A stretch of 64,000 bases of DNA from an uncultured delta proteobacterium (GCA_963848295.1 CAWKDB010000010.1:1344001-1408000); one strand, 5' to 3'. Counted from the first letter of the stretch, positions 10,806 to 24,426 are shown. Made by a program: numbers and translations. The notes: generated by a model from the letters alone, not told the origin.

Positions 10806-11681
10806 ATGAGGATCTGGCTCCAGGCCGCGCGGCCCAAGACGCTGCCGGCCGCGGTCGCGCCGGTTGCGGTGGGTACGGCGTGCGCCTCGGCCGCGGGCGG
10901 GTTTCGGATCGGCCCGGCGCTCGCCGCACTCGGCGGCGCGCTCGCGATCCAGATCGCGACGAACCTCGCGAACGACGCCTTCGATGCGAAGCGCGGCGCC
11001 GACGGACCGGATCGCATCGGCCCGGTGCGCGCGGTCTCGGCAGGCCTGATCTCTGCGCGCGCGATGCTGGTCGCGATGGCAGCCGCGTTCGCGGCCGCGA
11101 CCGGGTTCGGCGTGTATCTCGCGCTCGTCGCCGGCTGGCCGGTCGTCGCGATCGGCCTCGTCTCGATCGGCGCTGGCATCGCGTACACCGGCGGACCCTA
11201 CCCGCTCGGCTATCATGGCCTCGGCGATGTCGCCGTCATGATCTTCTTCGGCTTCGTCGCGGTGTGCGGGACCACATACGTCCAGGCGATGCACGTGCCG
11301 TCGCTCGCGGTGTGGGCCGCGATACCGGTCGGTGCGCTGGCGACCGCGATCCTCGTCGTCAACAACCTGCGCGATCGTCGCACCGACGAGCGCGTCGGCA
11401 AGCGCACCCTCGCCGTTCGGCTCGGCCGCAAGGGCTCGATCATCGAATACACCGCGCTGCTCGCGATCGCCTACGTCGCCCCGGTCGGCATCGCGATCGC
11501 GACCTACCACTGGCTTACGCTGCTCCCCCTCGCGACCCTGCCGCTCGCGCGCTCGCGCGTCCGCGCGTTCGTGATGGCTGCCGCGATGCAAGACGGCGCG
11601 CAGTACAACGCGTGCCTCGCGGCGACCGCGCAGCTCCTGATCGCGCACGCCGGGTTGTTCGCGCTCGGCCTCGCGTGCTGA
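10806..11681 (+). CDS. menA: DHNA polyprenyltransferase
   Basis: [44 protein letters not shown]...D...[10 protein letters not shown]; multiple TM segments. Confidence 0.95.
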   Translation: MRIWLQAARPKTLPAAVAPVAVGTACASAAGGFRIGPALAALGGALAIQIATNLANDAFDAKRGADGPDRIGPVRAVSAGLISARAMLVAMAAAFAAATGFGVYLALVAGWPVVAIGLVSIGAGIAYTGGPYPLGYHGLGDVAVMIFFGFVAVCGTTYVQAMHVPSLAVWAAIPVGALATAILVVNNLRDRRTDERVGKRTLAVRLGRKGSIIEYTALLAIAYVAPVGIAIATYHWLTLLPLATLPLARSRVRAFVMAAAMQDGAQYNACLAATAQLLIAHAGLFALGLAC

Positions 11682-12646
11682 CCCTCGAGCAGCGCACCCT
11701 CCGATGGCGAGTCGAACCGCGCGGAGCGGCCCGTGGCATCACCCAGCGAACCGCGACGATCCTGATCGCGCGTCAGGCCAGCGCGATCGGTCTCGGGGAA
11801 TGGGGACGCTGTCTCTTTTGTCAACTTATGGCGCCAGGGCATCCCCGCAACCCTCTAGATCTAAATGCCTTTGCTGGGGACGCTGTCTCTTTTGTCAACT
11901 TCCGGCTCCCCGACCCCGCAATCGCAACCGCGTCCGCTGCCCTCGATGTCGCAGCCGATATGCCCGCGCCGGCGATGCGGTTCGCACTCGAGACCGCGCT
12001 GCTGTCGCTTATCGCGCAACGCGAGCGTACGTCGGTCGCGGCGCTGCTCGTACCGAACCCGATTCCGCGCGTCCGTTCGGCGCCAGTGGTCGACACGGCT
12101 GACGAAGCGCGCGCCGCCGTCGCCGCGGGTGCGACCGCGCTCAAGCTCAAGATCGGCCCCGATGACTTCGAGCTCGCGCGCGACATCTCTGGCGCGGTTC
12201 CCGGTGTCCGCCTGCGGATCGATGCGAACCGGCGCTGGCCGCGCACCGAGACGCCGGCGCGCCTCGAGTCGTTGCGCGCGCTCCCGGTCGACTATGTCGA
12301 AGAGCCGTGCGAGCGCGCCCACGAGTTGCTCGCCGAGCTGCTCCCAGTCCCGATCGCGCTCGACGAGTCGCTCGCCGAGCTCGATGCCGCCGCGGTCGAT
12401 CGCGCACTCGCGGCGCCGAGTCTCGCCGCGCTCGTCCTCAAGCCGACGTTGCTCGGCGGCTTCGCCCGCTGCCTCGACCTCGCGGCCCGCGCGCGCCGCG
12501 CCGGCAAGCTCGCGATCATGTCGCACTTCCTCGAGGGCCCGATCGGCACCGCTGCATGTCACGAGCTCGCGCGCGCGATCCGCTGCGACGCCCCCGTCGG
12601 CCTCGCCCCGCACCCCGCGCTCGATCACTTCGCCGAGGCACTGTGA
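11675..12646 (+). CDS. menC: o-succinylbenzoate synthase (enolase superfamily) carrying an in-frame repeat insertion
   Basis: GLGE, RFALETA, KLKIG, RIDAN, YVEEP, LDES, VLKP; located between menA and menE. Confidence 0.85.
   Translation: MLTLEQRTLRWRVEPRGAARGITQRTATILIARQASAIGLGEWGRCLFCQLMAPGHPRNPLDLNAFAGDAVSFVNFRLPDPAIATASAALDVAADMPAPAMRFALETALLSLIAQRERTSVAALLVPNPIPRVRSAPVVDTADEARAAVAAGATALKLKIGPDDFELARDISGAVPGVRLRIDANRRWPRTETPARLESLRALPVDYVEEPCERAHELLAELLPVPIALDESLAELDAAAVDRALAAPSLAALVLKPTLLGGFARCLDLAARARRAGKLAIMSHFLEGPIGTAACHELARAIRCDAPVGLAPHPALDHFAEAL
11801..11901. repeat. Two identical 27-bp direct repeats inside menC
   Basis: TGGGGACGCTGTCTCTTTTGTCAACTT at 11801-11827 and 11875-11901, separated by 47 nt. 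18/24 identical to the left arm of the 10721-10805 inverted repeat. Confidence 0.92.
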
Positions 12647-13758
12647 CCTTCGCGCCGATCGTCGCGACGTCGACGCGCGAGATGCTGCGCGCGATCACAT
12701 CCGCCCTCGATGACCACCGTCCGATCGCACTCCTCGCGTCCGAGCTCGAGCTCGATCGGCAACGCGCGGTGCTAGCGGCGGCCAACCCGCGCCCCGGCGA
12801 CGCGCTCGTGCTGTTCACGTCCGGCTCGACCGGCGGCTCGCGCGGCGTCGTTCACACCTACGCCAGCGTGGCGGCGATCAGCGCCGCGTCACGGCTCGGT
12901 TGGCGCACCGACGACCGCTGGCTCGCCTCGCTCCCGCTCGCCCGCGCCGGCGGTGTCGCGATCGCGATCCGCTGTCACGCCGCGAACGTGCCGGTCGAGC
13001 TCGCAACCGACGGCGAGCCGCTCGCGACCGCGCTCGAGCGCGTCACGCTCGCTTCGCTCGTGCCGACTCAGCTCGCGACGTTGCTCGCCGATCCCGCGTG
13101 GCGCGCGCCGCGTCGGTTGCGAGCGGTCTTGCTCGGCGGTGCTCACGCCGCGCCGTCGCTCGTCGCTGCCGCTCTCGCCCGCGGAGTACCGGTGCTCGCG
13201 ACCTACGGCTTGACCGAAACGCTCGGCCAGGTCGCGACCGCCGAGTCACCCGGCGGCCCGATCGTCGCGCTCCCCGGCGTGCAGCTCGCCGCCGGCACCG
13301 CGGCCGCACCGGCGCCGATCTGCATCCGCGCGCCGATGTTGGCGAAGCGCTATCTCGACGGCGACGCGATCGCCCCCGAGCTCGTCACGTCGGACCTCGG
13401 CTGGCTCGATGCCGCGGGCTCGCTCCACGTCGCAGGCCGCGCCGACGAGGTCATCATCACCGGCGGCCACAAGGTCCACCCGACCGAAGTCGAAGCCGTG
13501 CTCGCCGCGACGGTCGGTGTCCGCGCCGCGTGCGTGTTCGCTATCGCCGATCCCCACTGGGGCCAGATCGTCGGCGTCGCGCTCGCGGTCGCGCCACCGT
13601 TCGATCGCGCCGCCGCGCTCGCGCACTGGCACGCGGCTCTGCCACCCTACGCACGCCCGCGCCGGCTCGCAATCGCCGCTGCGTTGCCACTGCTCGCTGG
13701 CGACAAGGTCGATCGCCGCGCCGCCGCCGTGCTGCCGACCGAGCCCGTCCGCTACTGA
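12643..13758 (+). CDS. menE: Short o-succinylbenzoate-CoA ligase
   Basis: LFTSGSTGGSRGV, SLVPTQL, TYGLTET, TSDLG, GRADEVIITGGHKVHP.EVE, DPHWGQ, KVDRR; last gene of the men cluster. Confidence 0.88.
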   Translation: MTFAPIVATSTREMLRAITSALDDHRPIALLASELELDRQRAVLAAANPRPGDALVLFTSGSTGGSRGVVHTYASVAAISAASRLGWRTDDRWLASLPLARAGGVAIAIRCHAANVPVELATDGEPLATALERVTLASLVPTQLATLLADPAWRAPRRLRAVLLGGAHAAPSLVAAALARGVPVLATYGLTETLGQVATAESPGGPIVALPGVQLAAGTAAAPAPICIRAPMLAKRYLDGDAIAPELVTSDLGWLDAAGSLHVAGRADEVIITGGHKVHPTEVEAVLAATVGVRAACVFAIADPHWGQIVGVALAVAPPFDRAAALAHWHAALPPYARPRRLAIAAALPLLAGDKVDRRAAAVLPTEPVRY

Positions 13759-13777
13759 CGCGTGATATACCGACGTC

Positions 13778-14410
13778 GTGACCACGCGCTTCCTCGATCA
13801 CGAGGCACGAGCTGCGTTCAAGCGAGCGGTCGAGGCGGTCGAGAATGCCTCGGCAGTCGAGGTCGTCGTCGCAGTACGGCAGAAATCCGCGACGTACCGC
13901 CACGCCAACGCGATCGTCGGCGCGATCGTCGCGTTCATCGGCCTCGCCGTCATGCTCTACGGCGAGCACGTGTTCTTGCTGCGGTCGATCCTGATCGAGC
14001 CGTTCGTGGTCGGCGGGCTCGCCGCCTGGCTCGTCGAGCTGTTGCCGCAGCTCAAGCGCATGATGACGCCCGCAGCGCGCCGACGGCGACACGTCGATCG
14101 CGCCGCGCGCGCGCTGTTCGTCGATCACAACATCCACACGACGACCGGGCGCAGCGGCATCCTCGTCTACATCTCTTGGCTCGAGCAGCAAGTCTCGCTC
14201 GTCGCGGACATCGGGCTGCTCCGCGAGCTGCCACCGCCGGTCCTCAAGCGCGCCCAGGACGAGCTCACCGCGGCCGTCTCGAGTGGCGGAGCCGCGGTCG
14301 CGAAGCTCGTCGAGGCGCTCGCGCCGACGATGGCGAAGGCCATGCCCCATCGCGATGACGACGTCAACGAGCTGCCCGACGCGGTCGACAGCGATCTCGG
14401 TGACGATTGA
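13778..14410 (+). CDS. TPM-domain-like membrane protein
   Basis: AVEAVE..SAVEVVVAV, two TM helices, RAARALF..TTGRSGILVYISWLE, D.NELPD. Confidence 0.72.
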   Translation: MTTRFLDHEARAAFKRAVEAVENASAVEVVVAVRQKSATYRHANAIVGAIVAFIGLAVMLYGEHVFLLRSILIEPFVVGGLAAWLVELLPQLKRMMTPAARRRRHVDRAARALFVDHNIHTTTGRSGILVYISWLEQQVSLVADIGLLRELPPPVLKRAQDELTAAVSSGGAAVAKLVEALAPTMAKAMPHRDDDVNELPDAVDSDLGDD

Positions 14411-15894
14411 CGAGGCGGATCCGGATCACGCTGCTGACGATCGCGACGCTCGTCACGTTGACCGCGCTCGCGATCGCGCGCCCGGGCGGCGGCGAGAGCT
14501 TCTCCGGCGGTGGCGGTCACTCGGGCGGCGGCAGCGGAGGTGGCGGTGGCGCGGCGGTGTTCTACCTGATCTGGTATGGGCTCCAGCTTTGCATCTACTA
14601 CCCGTACATCGGCTTGCCCATCATCGCGCTCATCGTCGGCGCGGTCATCTACGGCTCGATCTCGAAGAGCCGCAATCGCGATTGGGAGAGCGGGCCGCCG
14701 GTCGTGCTCGAGCGCGCGACCTCGCTCGAGCGCGTCCGCGAGATCGATCCCGAGTTCTCGCAAGTGCCGTTCGAGGACTTCGCGTTCCGCCTGTTCTCGA
14801 CCGCACAGCGCGCCCGTGCGACCGAGGCGACGCGCGCGACGATCGCACCCTACGTCTCGCCGAACGCGCAGGTCGAGCTCGCGCGGCGCGAGCCCGTCGG
14901 CACTCCGGTCACGCAGGTCATCGTGGGTGCGATGCGGCCGTATCGCGTCGACGTTCCGCGCGCAGCCACCGACGCCGACGGCAAGCCGACGCGCGTTCGC
15001 ATCGGCATCGAGTTCGAAGCGAACGTGCTGACCGGTCAGCACACCTACTACTCGGTCGAGAGCTGGCTGTTCGCACGCGACGCGACGCGACACAGTAAGC
15101 CACCCGGGCGCGCGAAGGACTTCCCGTGCCCGAACTGCGGCGCGCCGTGGCAAGCGTCCGCGACCGGCACGCAGGTGTGCGCGTCGTGTAATCAAGTCGT
15201 CGATAACGGCCGGTTCGATTGGGTCGTCGAAGAAATCTCGGTCGCGTCGATCGACGAACGTCCGCCATCCCTCACGACCGAAGTCCCGGAGCGCGGCAAC
15301 GACCTCGCGACCTATCGCGACGATGGCGTCGACGAGGATTGGGCGGCGCTCACGACCGATGATCCGGCGGTCACCGAGGGCGGCGTCGAGGCCCGGCTCA
15401 AGATGATCTACGACGCGATGAACAAGGCGTGGTCGACGAACGCGCTCGAGCCGATCCGCGGGTTCGTCAGCGACGGGCTCTACGACTACTTGCAGTACTG
15501 GGTCGATGCCTACAAGCGGCAGGGCTTGCGCAACCAGCTCACCGACATGCGCGTCACGTCGATCGAGCTCGCGAAGGTCCAGCGCGACAAGTACTACGAC
15601 GCGGTGACGCTGCGCGTGTTCGCGACCGGCAAGGACTTCGTCGTCAAGACCGACACCGGTCAGCTGATGCGCGGCTCGAAGAATCGCGAGCGGCCGTACA
15701 GCGAGTACTGGACGCTGATCCGGAGCGCCGGGCGCAAGGGTGCCCCGCACATCGAGCCGACGTGCGGCAACTGCGGCGCGCCGTTGAAGATCACGATGGC
15801 CGGCTCGTGCGAGCACTGCGGCGCGCACGTCACGGCCGGTGAGTTCGACTGGGTGCTCTCGAAGATCGAGCAAGACGACACGTACCGCGGCTGA
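14407..15894 (+). CDS. Membrane-anchored protein with duplicated Tim44-like domains and zinc ribbons
   Basis: ARPGGGESF Gly-rich N-terminus, TM helices, DPEFS..F.DFA, CPNCGAP..CASC..FDWVV and CGNCGAP..CEHC..FDWVL. Confidence 0.75.
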   Translation: MTRRIRITLLTIATLVTLTALAIARPGGGESFSGGGGHSGGGSGGGGGAAVFYLIWYGLQLCIYYPYIGLPIIALIVGAVIYGSISKSRNRDWESGPPVVLERATSLERVREIDPEFSQVPFEDFAFRLFSTAQRARATEATRATIAPYVSPNAQVELARREPVGTPVTQVIVGAMRPYRVDVPRAATDADGKPTRVRIGIEFEANVLTGQHTYYSVESWLFARDATRHSKPPGRAKDFPCPNCGAPWQASATGTQVCASCNQVVDNGRFDWVVEEISVASIDERPPSLTTEVPERGNDLATYRDDGVDEDWAALTTDDPAVTEGGVEARLKMIYDAMNKAWSTNALEPIRGFVSDGLYDYLQYWVDAYKRQGLRNQLTDMRVTSIELAKVQRDKYYDAVTLRVFATGKDFVVKTDTGQLMRGSKNRERPYSEYWTLIRSAGRKGAPHIEPTCGNCGAPLKITMAGSCEHCGAHVTAGEFDWVLSKIEQDDTYRG

Positions 15895-16674
15895 CTACCG
15901 GCTGTGGTAGATCCAGTCGCTCGCGCGTTTCTCGACGAGCTCCTCGGCGACGCGCTTGCCGAGCTCGCCGAGCGCATCGATCTCTTCTCTGCCGCTGCGC
16001 GCCATCGCCGCGACCGGCAGCTGCACCGGCAGCGCGACCGGCGTCGACCCGAACAGCGAGCCGGCGACCGATAACACGCCGTGGTCGTAGCCGAGGTGCA
16101 ACGTGATGCCCGCGGGCAGCTCGAGGCGCGCGCGCAGCGAGCGCAGCGCGAACACGAACGACAGCGGCGTGCGAAACACCGTCGGGCCGGCTTCGGCGTG
16201 ATCGATCGCGATCGAGATCTGGCCGAGGCCCGGCAGGAACGCACTCGGCGCGAACTCGAGCCTCGCGTGATCGATCACGACGCGATCGGCGCGCGGCGGC
16301 GCGTGCTTCGGCGGGCGCAGCGCGAACAATGCGCCGCTCGACACCGACATCGTCATGTCCCGGACCGCGAGCTCGCGGCACTCGCCGTCGACGAGCGCGA
16401 GCCCGAGCGGCAGCAAGTCGCAGTCGACCCGGCCCACCGCGACGTCGAGACGGCCGATCGCGTCGTCGCGCACGAGGTGCAGCTGCTCCATCTCAAACCG
16501 GCCGCGAACGAGCGCCAGGTCGTGAGCACCGACCGTCGCGCCGGCGTGCAGCGACTCGCCGAGCTGACGTGCGATCCGGTCCGCCGCGGCATCACCGCGC
16601 ATCGCGCCGAAGATCACCATCGCGATCAGCCAGGCCGTGACGAGCCCGGCGACCGCGATCGCGACCCGTTTCAT
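15895..16674 (-). CDS. Hypothetical protein with N-terminal membrane anchor
   Basis: 259-aa ORF directly downstream of the topoisomerase B gene, with a hydrophobic N-terminus. Confidence 0.7.
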   Translation of the reverse strand: MKRVAIAVAGLVTAWLIAMVIFGAMRGDAAADRIARQLGESLHAGATVGAHDLALVRGRFEMEQLHLVRDDAIGRLDVAVGRVDCDLLPLGLALVDGECRELAVRDMTMSVSSGALFALRPPKHAPPRADRVVIDHARLEFAPSAFLPGLGQISIAIDHAEAGPTVFRTPLSFVFALRSLRARLELPAGITLHLGYDHGVLSVAGSLFGSTPVALPVQLPVAAMARSGREEIDALGELGKRVAEELVEKRASDWIYHSR

Positions 16675-18614
16675 CTAGATGTCGAGCTCGCCGATCTCGG
16701 CGGCGTTCTCGGTGATCAGCTTGTAGCGAGCCGCGACGTCCTTGCCCATCAGATCCGAGATCGCCTGGTCGGTGCGGCGCTCTTCGCCGCGCTTGACCGT
16801 CACGCGCAACGTCTGGCGCGTTTCCGGATCGAGCGTCGTCATCTTCAGCGTCTCGGGGTTCATCTCGCCGAGGCCCTTGAATCGCGTGATCGAGGGCTTC
16901 GCGTTGCCTTTGATCGACGCGAGCAGCTTGTCGCGGTGCGGCTCGTCGAGCGCCCACATCGTCTGCTTGCCGACGTCGATGCGATACAGCGGCGGCTGCG
17001 CGAGATAGATGTTGCCGTGCTCGATCAGCTTCGGCATGTGGCGAAAGAAGAACGTCAAGAGCAGCGTCGCGATGTGATGGCCATCGGCGTCGGCGTCCAT
17101 CAGCAAGAACACCTTGCCGTAGCGCAGCTTCGTGATGTCGAACGTCTCGCCCATCCCGCAGCCGAGCGCCGACACGATGTCCTGGAGCTCCTTGTTCGCG
17201 AGCAGCTTTTGCCCGCTCGCCTGCTCCGCGTTGAGCACCTTGCCGCGCAACGGCAGGATCGCCTGGGTCTTGCGATCGCGGCCTTGCTTCGCCGAGCCGC
17301 CTGCCGAATCGCCCTCGACGATGAACAACTCGCTGTCGCCCGGATCGGTCGACGAGCAGTCGGAGAGCTTGCCGGGCAGGTTGAGACGGTGGCTGACCGC
17401 GGTCTTGCGCGTGACTTGCTGAGCGGCGCGCGACGCCTCGCGGGCACGCGCCGAGATGATCGTACGCGCGACGACGGCCTGCGCCCAATTCGGGTTCTCG
17501 TTGAGATAGTTCTCGAGCGCCGGCCGCACGAGGCCTTCGACATGCGCCGCGACCTCGGGGTTGTTGAGCCGGTTCTTGGTCTGGCTCTGGAACTGCGGAT
17601 CGTGGACGTACGTCGACAGCACCGCGACCACGCCCTCACGGATGTCCTCCGCGGTCAGCGTGACGCCCTTCGGATCGAGCTTGTGCGTCGCGATGTAGTT
17701 GCGGATCGACTTGACGATCGCGGAGCGCAACCCGGTGTCGTGCGTGCCGCCATCGGGCGTCGGCACGGAGTTGACGTACGTCTTGATCAGATCGTCGGGT
17801 GACTCGGTCCACTGCAGCGCGAGCTCGAGGCCGATCTTGAGGTCCTTGTCTTGCTTGTCGAGAAAGAACAGCGGGCCGCCCGGCGGCACCGGCTGCTTGT
17901 CGCGCTCGGCGATCAGCTTCGGCAGATATTCGGCGATGCCGTTCGGATGGATGAACTTGTGCATCGCCGCCGGCTTCGCGGTCTCGTCCTTGAACTCGAT
18001 CTCGAGGCCGCCGTGCAGATAGCTCTTCGCCTCGAGCCGCTCGGCGATCTGCGCCGGATCGAATTGCAGCTTGCCGCCGAACACCTCGTCGTCGGGATGA
18101 AACGTCACGGTCGTGCCGGTGCCGCGACCCGGGCCGAGCTTCTTGAGCTTGGTCTTCGGCTCGCCGCGCTGGAACCTCATCTCGTACTTCTGGCCGTCGC
18201 GCTTGACGTGGACGATGAGCTCGCTCGACAGCGCGTTGACGACCGCGGCGCCGACGCCGTGCAAGCCGCCGGAGACCGCGTAGCTCTTGCCGCGCTCGAA
18301 CTTGCCGCCGGAGTGCAGCGTCGTGAAGATGATCTCGAGCGCCGGCTTCTTGTACTTCGCCATCGTGTCGACGGGAATGCCTCGGCCGTTGTCCTCGACC
18401 GTGCACGTCTTGCCGTCGGCGTGGAGCGTGACCTCGACGCGCGTCGCGTGCTTGTTGATGACCTCGTCGATCGAGTTGTCGACGACTTCCCACAACAGAT
18501 GGTGGTAGCCATCTTTGCCGGTTCCGCCGATATACATGCCCGGTCGTTTGCGGACCGGATCGAGACCTTCGAGGACCTGGATGTCCTCGCCGGTGTACCT
18601 GCTCGCTGAGGCCA

Positions 18615-18615
<1 letters not shown>
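16675..18615 (-). CDS. parE: Type IIA DNA topoisomerase subunit B (probably topoisomerase IV ParE)
   Basis: [65 protein letters not shown]; 646 aa. Confidence 0.88.
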
Positions 18616-21137
<2,522 letters not shown>

Positions 21138-21217
21138 GAGGTCCTGAAGTGCCCTAAGGTGGCCGACTATCGAAATTGGCCCGTCGACTGGGCGCGTGTT
21201 AACGGTCGACGTAGGCC

Positions 21218-21778
21218 ATGGTCCGTAGACGATCGACCGCGCGCAAGAAAAGGCCCAAATACGCGGGTCGCGCCAACCGGGGCGGTTCGCCCACGCGCCG
21301 TCACGGCATGTGGGTGGTCCTCGTGCTCGGCGCGTTGGTCGTCGTCAACCTTTACGTCTTCGTGTGGGACAAGAACACGTCGGTCGCGGCGATCCGTGAT
21401 CGCGCCGAGCACGCACCGATCACGGCGGGTGAACCGCTGGCGGCCGCGCGGCTGTCGACCTCACGCAGTGGGTCCGTCGCCGCGCCACCCGCACCGCCGG
21501 GGCTACCGCCCGTGATCGACGGCAAGGTCGCCAAGGGCGACACGCTCGGTCGCGTGCTCAAGCGCGCGGGCCTCGGCGCCGGCGACACGGATGAAGTGAT
21601 CCGCGCGCTCGCCGGCGTAATCGACTTCAAGGCGATCAAAGCGGGCCAGGTGTTCCACTTAGCGCGCACGTCCACGGGCCACGTCGCCCGCTTCGAGCTC
21701 GAGCTGGCAAAGGGCCACCGGGTCGTCGCCGAACGCAAGCCTGGCGGCGGGCTAGTCGGCAGCAGCACCGCCGAGTGA
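21218..21778 (+). CDS. Membrane-anchored LysM/OapA-like protein resembling the N-terminus of M23 peptidases, without a catalytic domain
   Basis: TM helix [17 protein letters not shown], then [13 protein letters not shown]...DFKAIKAGQ; no M23 zinc motifs. Confidence 0.65.
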   Translation: MVRRRSTARKKRPKYAGRANRGGSPTRRHGMWVVLVLGALVVVNLYVFVWDKNTSVAAIRDRAEHAPITAGEPLAAARLSTSRSGSVAAPPAPPGLPPVIDGKVAKGDTLGRVLKRAGLGAGDTDEVIRALAGVIDFKAIKAGQVFHLARTSTGHVARFELELAKGHRVVAERKPGGGLVGSSTAE

Positions 21779-21831
21779 TCGCGGTCATGGTCGGGCTTGC
21801 CGATTCACCGCTTCCTCGTCATGCTTGAGGC

Positions 21832-22278
21832 GTGATCAAGCTTCTGGTCGGACTCATCAAAGGCGCGATCATCGGTGGCGCGGTGGGGTACGGCGCATAT
21901 GCCCTTGGCGACGCGACCGGCTTTGCGAATCCGTGGCTGACCTACGGCGTGGTCGGCGTGCTCGTCGGGTTGTTGGTCGGCCGGCCGATCTGGTCGCTGA
22001 TCCGCGATCAGAACGCGACGACGGTCGTGTCGATGTTGAAGGCAGCGTTCGGCTTCGGCGTCGGCTGCGGGCTCTACGCGCTGGTGTCCAAGGCGATCAG
22101 CCCGTCCCTGACGGTCGCGGGTCACGACGTGTTCGCGTGGGCGCCGACGCTCGGCGGCGCGATCGGCGCGGTCTACGGCGCTTTCGTCGAGCTGGACGAT
22201 GCGATCGGCGACGGCGGAGGCGCCAAGAAGCCGGCGAAGGCCGACCCCGAGCAGTCCAGCCCGCCGAAGCAGAAGTAG
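21832..22278 (+). CDS. Small multi-pass membrane protein
   Basis: About four Gly-rich hydrophobic helices and a charged tail. Confidence 0.75.
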   Translation: MIKLLVGLIKGAIIGGAVGYGAYALGDATGFANPWLTYGVVGVLVGLLVGRPIWSLIRDQNATTVVSMLKAAFGFGVGCGLYALVSKAISPSLTVAGHDVFAWAPTLGGAIGAVYGAFVELDDAIGDGGGAKKPAKADPEQSSPPKQK

Positions 22279-22436
22279 CCCGGCAACTCGAGTCGCCGGG
22301 TGCGACGCGGCTGATGCCGCGCAGTTAGGCCAGGCACGCGAGATGCTCGTACCACGAGCATGAGCCGCGATATCCGCCTGTTCATCCTCGGTCACGTGAT
22401 GCTCGTCCTCGTCGCCACCCTCGGCAGCATCTGACG

Positions 22437-23783
22437 CTACAGCTCGGCGTCGACGACGATGCCGACCTGATCGCTCGAGCCGCCGTAGCGACCTAGCGGT
22501 GCGCTGGTGTCGCCGGTAGCGAACGGATTGTCGAGCGTCATCGTCGTCACCGCGGGCGTCCGGTACAGCCACCACGTGCGCGCCCAGCCGAACGTCGTCG
22601 TGAAGCTCCCGGCCGTGAATTCGAGGCCCAGCGCCGCGGTTTGACCAGGCAGCTCGCCGAACGTCGGCGACAGCTCGGCGGTCGGTGTGCCCTGAGTCGT
22701 GAACGCGTAGCCCGCGGTCGCCCACAGAAAGCCGGGCACGAGCTCGACATCGAGCGCGCCACGCAGCGCACCGTGAGTCTGCTCGGAAGCGCGCGACCGC
22801 AGTCGGCCGAGGCCCGCGTCGACGCCGGTGATATCTTGGATCGCGAGGCCGTCGATCCGCCACGTCGCGGTCTCGGCGGCGTGCGGCAGGACCCACAGAT
22901 CGGCGTCGACTTCGACCGACCAGTGCGAGCCGAGCCAGCGCGCGCCGCTGCGCAGCGTCAACGGCTCGCGCAGCTCCATTCGCGCGGTCGGTGCGCCGGG
23001 CTCGACCGCGACCTCGGGTGCGGACCCGGTCGCGAGCGCATTGCCGTGGACGAACGCGTTCGCCGAATAGCCGACCGAGGCGGCGAGCTCGACGCGCGTG
23101 CCGGGCGGCGCGACCAGCACGCCGGCGACCGCGCTCGGCACGAAGTTATCGGCGGCGTCGATCGAGATCTCGACATCGTGCGCCGGGTCTTCGAGCACGT
23201 CGCGACCGGCGAACCCTGCCCACACTCGACGCGTCTCCGAGACGCCGACGCGCGACGCCGCGAGCGACAGGCCGACCGCGACGACGTCACCGAACCGGCG
23301 CGCGGCCCCGATCGTGAGGGTGTCACGTCGAATCGCGCCGGCGAGGCCGGCATAGCGATAGTCGAAGTCGTTGCCGAGCTCGGCGGGTGGCAGCTCCCCC
23401 GGCGCCCGCAGCGTGCGCGCCGATGCCGCCGACGACATCGCGCCGGCCGCGATGATCCACGAACCGACCGCGCCTTCGTACGCGACGAGCGGCAACGCAC
23501 TCGACCCCGCTTGATCGTGCGCCTCTTCGTGATCGCCACCGCCGTCGCGCCAGTTGATCGAATCATCGGACAGCGTGACACCGAGCTGGATCCGACCCGC
23601 GTCGCGCCGCGCGATCGCCGCCGGGTTCACGAGCAGCGCCCCGCCGCCATCGTCACCGACCGTCCCGACTCCGGCGCGACCGATCTCCTGTGGCGATCCG
23701 CCCGCGATCACCACACCGTCGGCCCGCGCGGGCGCGCACCACGCGACCAGCATCACGGTCACGGCGCGACAACGAGGCAACAC
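22437..23783 (-). CDS. FadL/OmpP1-like outer-membrane transporter
   Basis: Signal peptide, GRAG...DDGGGALLVNPAA N-terminal motif, and amphipathic beta-strand pattern. Confidence 0.65.
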   Translation of the reverse strand: MLPRCRAVTVMLVAWCAPARADGVVIAGGSPQEIGRAGVGTVGDDGGGALLVNPAAIARRDAGRIQLGVTLSDDSINWRDGGGDHEEAHDQAGSSALPLVAYEGAVGSWIIAAGAMSSAASARTLRAPGELPPAELGNDFDYRYAGLAGAIRRDTLTIGAARRFGDVVAVGLSLAASRVGVSETRRVWAGFAGRDVLEDPAHDVEISIDAADNFVPSAVAGVLVAPPGTRVELAASVGYSANAFVHGNALATGSAPEVAVEPGAPTARMELREPLTLRSGARWLGSHWSVEVDADLWVLPHAAETATWRIDGLAIQDITGVDAGLGRLRSRASEQTHGALRGALDVELVPGFLWATAGYAFTTQGTPTAELSPTFGELPGQTAALGLEFTAGSFTTTFGWARTWWLYRTPAVTTMTLDNPFATGDTSAPLGRYGGSSDQVGIVVDAEL

Positions 23784-23884
23784 GCGCCGACGATAGCAGT
23801 CGCGCGTTGCAGTTTGTTTCGCCGCGCAACGCCGAATCTCACCGTGCTCTCCTATCAGCGAAGCGCGGGAAGGAAGTCCACTCG

Positions 23885-24358
23885 ATGACGATCATCGCTC
23901 CCTGCCAAGGCTCTAGATCTGCTCGCCGCCCGGAGACTTCGTTCGATGACGACGAACCGACCGACGTCCTCGGCGCGCTCGGGACCCTGGTGTCGGCGCC
24001 GATCAGCGTCGTCCAGCCCGACACGCCGATCTCCGAGGTGCTGAAGCTGCTCGTCGAGCTCCGGATCCCGGCGGTGGCCGTCGTCGATCGCTGTGGCGCG
24101 ATCGGCGGCATCGTCACGCGCACCGACCTGCTGCGCGAGCTCGCTCGCGGTGACCGCGCGACCGCGGGGGATGCGATGTCTGGCTTCGTATTCGCACTCT
24201 CGGCGCGATCGACGGTCGAGCGCGCGGCGGCGTTGATGGCGTACGAAGGGGTCGGCCAGGTCGTGGTCACCGGCTCGCGGGGCGAATTGCTCGGGATGGT
24301 CTCGGCGCTCGACATCGCGCGATATTTCGCGGTCTCGGCCGGGTATCTGACCGAATGA
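23885..24358 (+). CDS. Tandem CBS-domain protein
   Basis: VQPDTPISEV..PAVAVVD..GIVTRTDLL and a second repeat ending LLGMVSALDI. Confidence 0.85.
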   Translation: MTIIAPCQGSRSARRPETSFDDDEPTDVLGALGTLVSAPISVVQPDTPISEVLKLLVELRIPAVAVVDRCGAIGGIVTRTDLLRELARGDRATAGDAMSGFVFALSARSTVERAAALMAYEGVGQVVVTGSRGELLGMVSALDIARYFAVSAGYLTE

Positions 24359-24426
24359 CGGGCGGCATCTGTTGCCGTTTGTTTCGCGGCTCTGTCGTTC
24401 CAGCGCGAACGTGAAATACTCCGTCG

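Noticed and set aside
11801..11901. Mini CRISPR array (27-bp repeats, 47-nt spacer)
   Set aside because: Only two units, inside a CDS, no cas genes in the window, and a related motif occurs as an inverted pair nearby; REP-like is a better fit.
5564..12642. Apparent long N-terminal extensions or fusions of MenF, MenD, MenC and MenE in the ORF track
   Set aside because: The extensions overlap upstream genes; internal starts overlapping the previous stop codon explain them.
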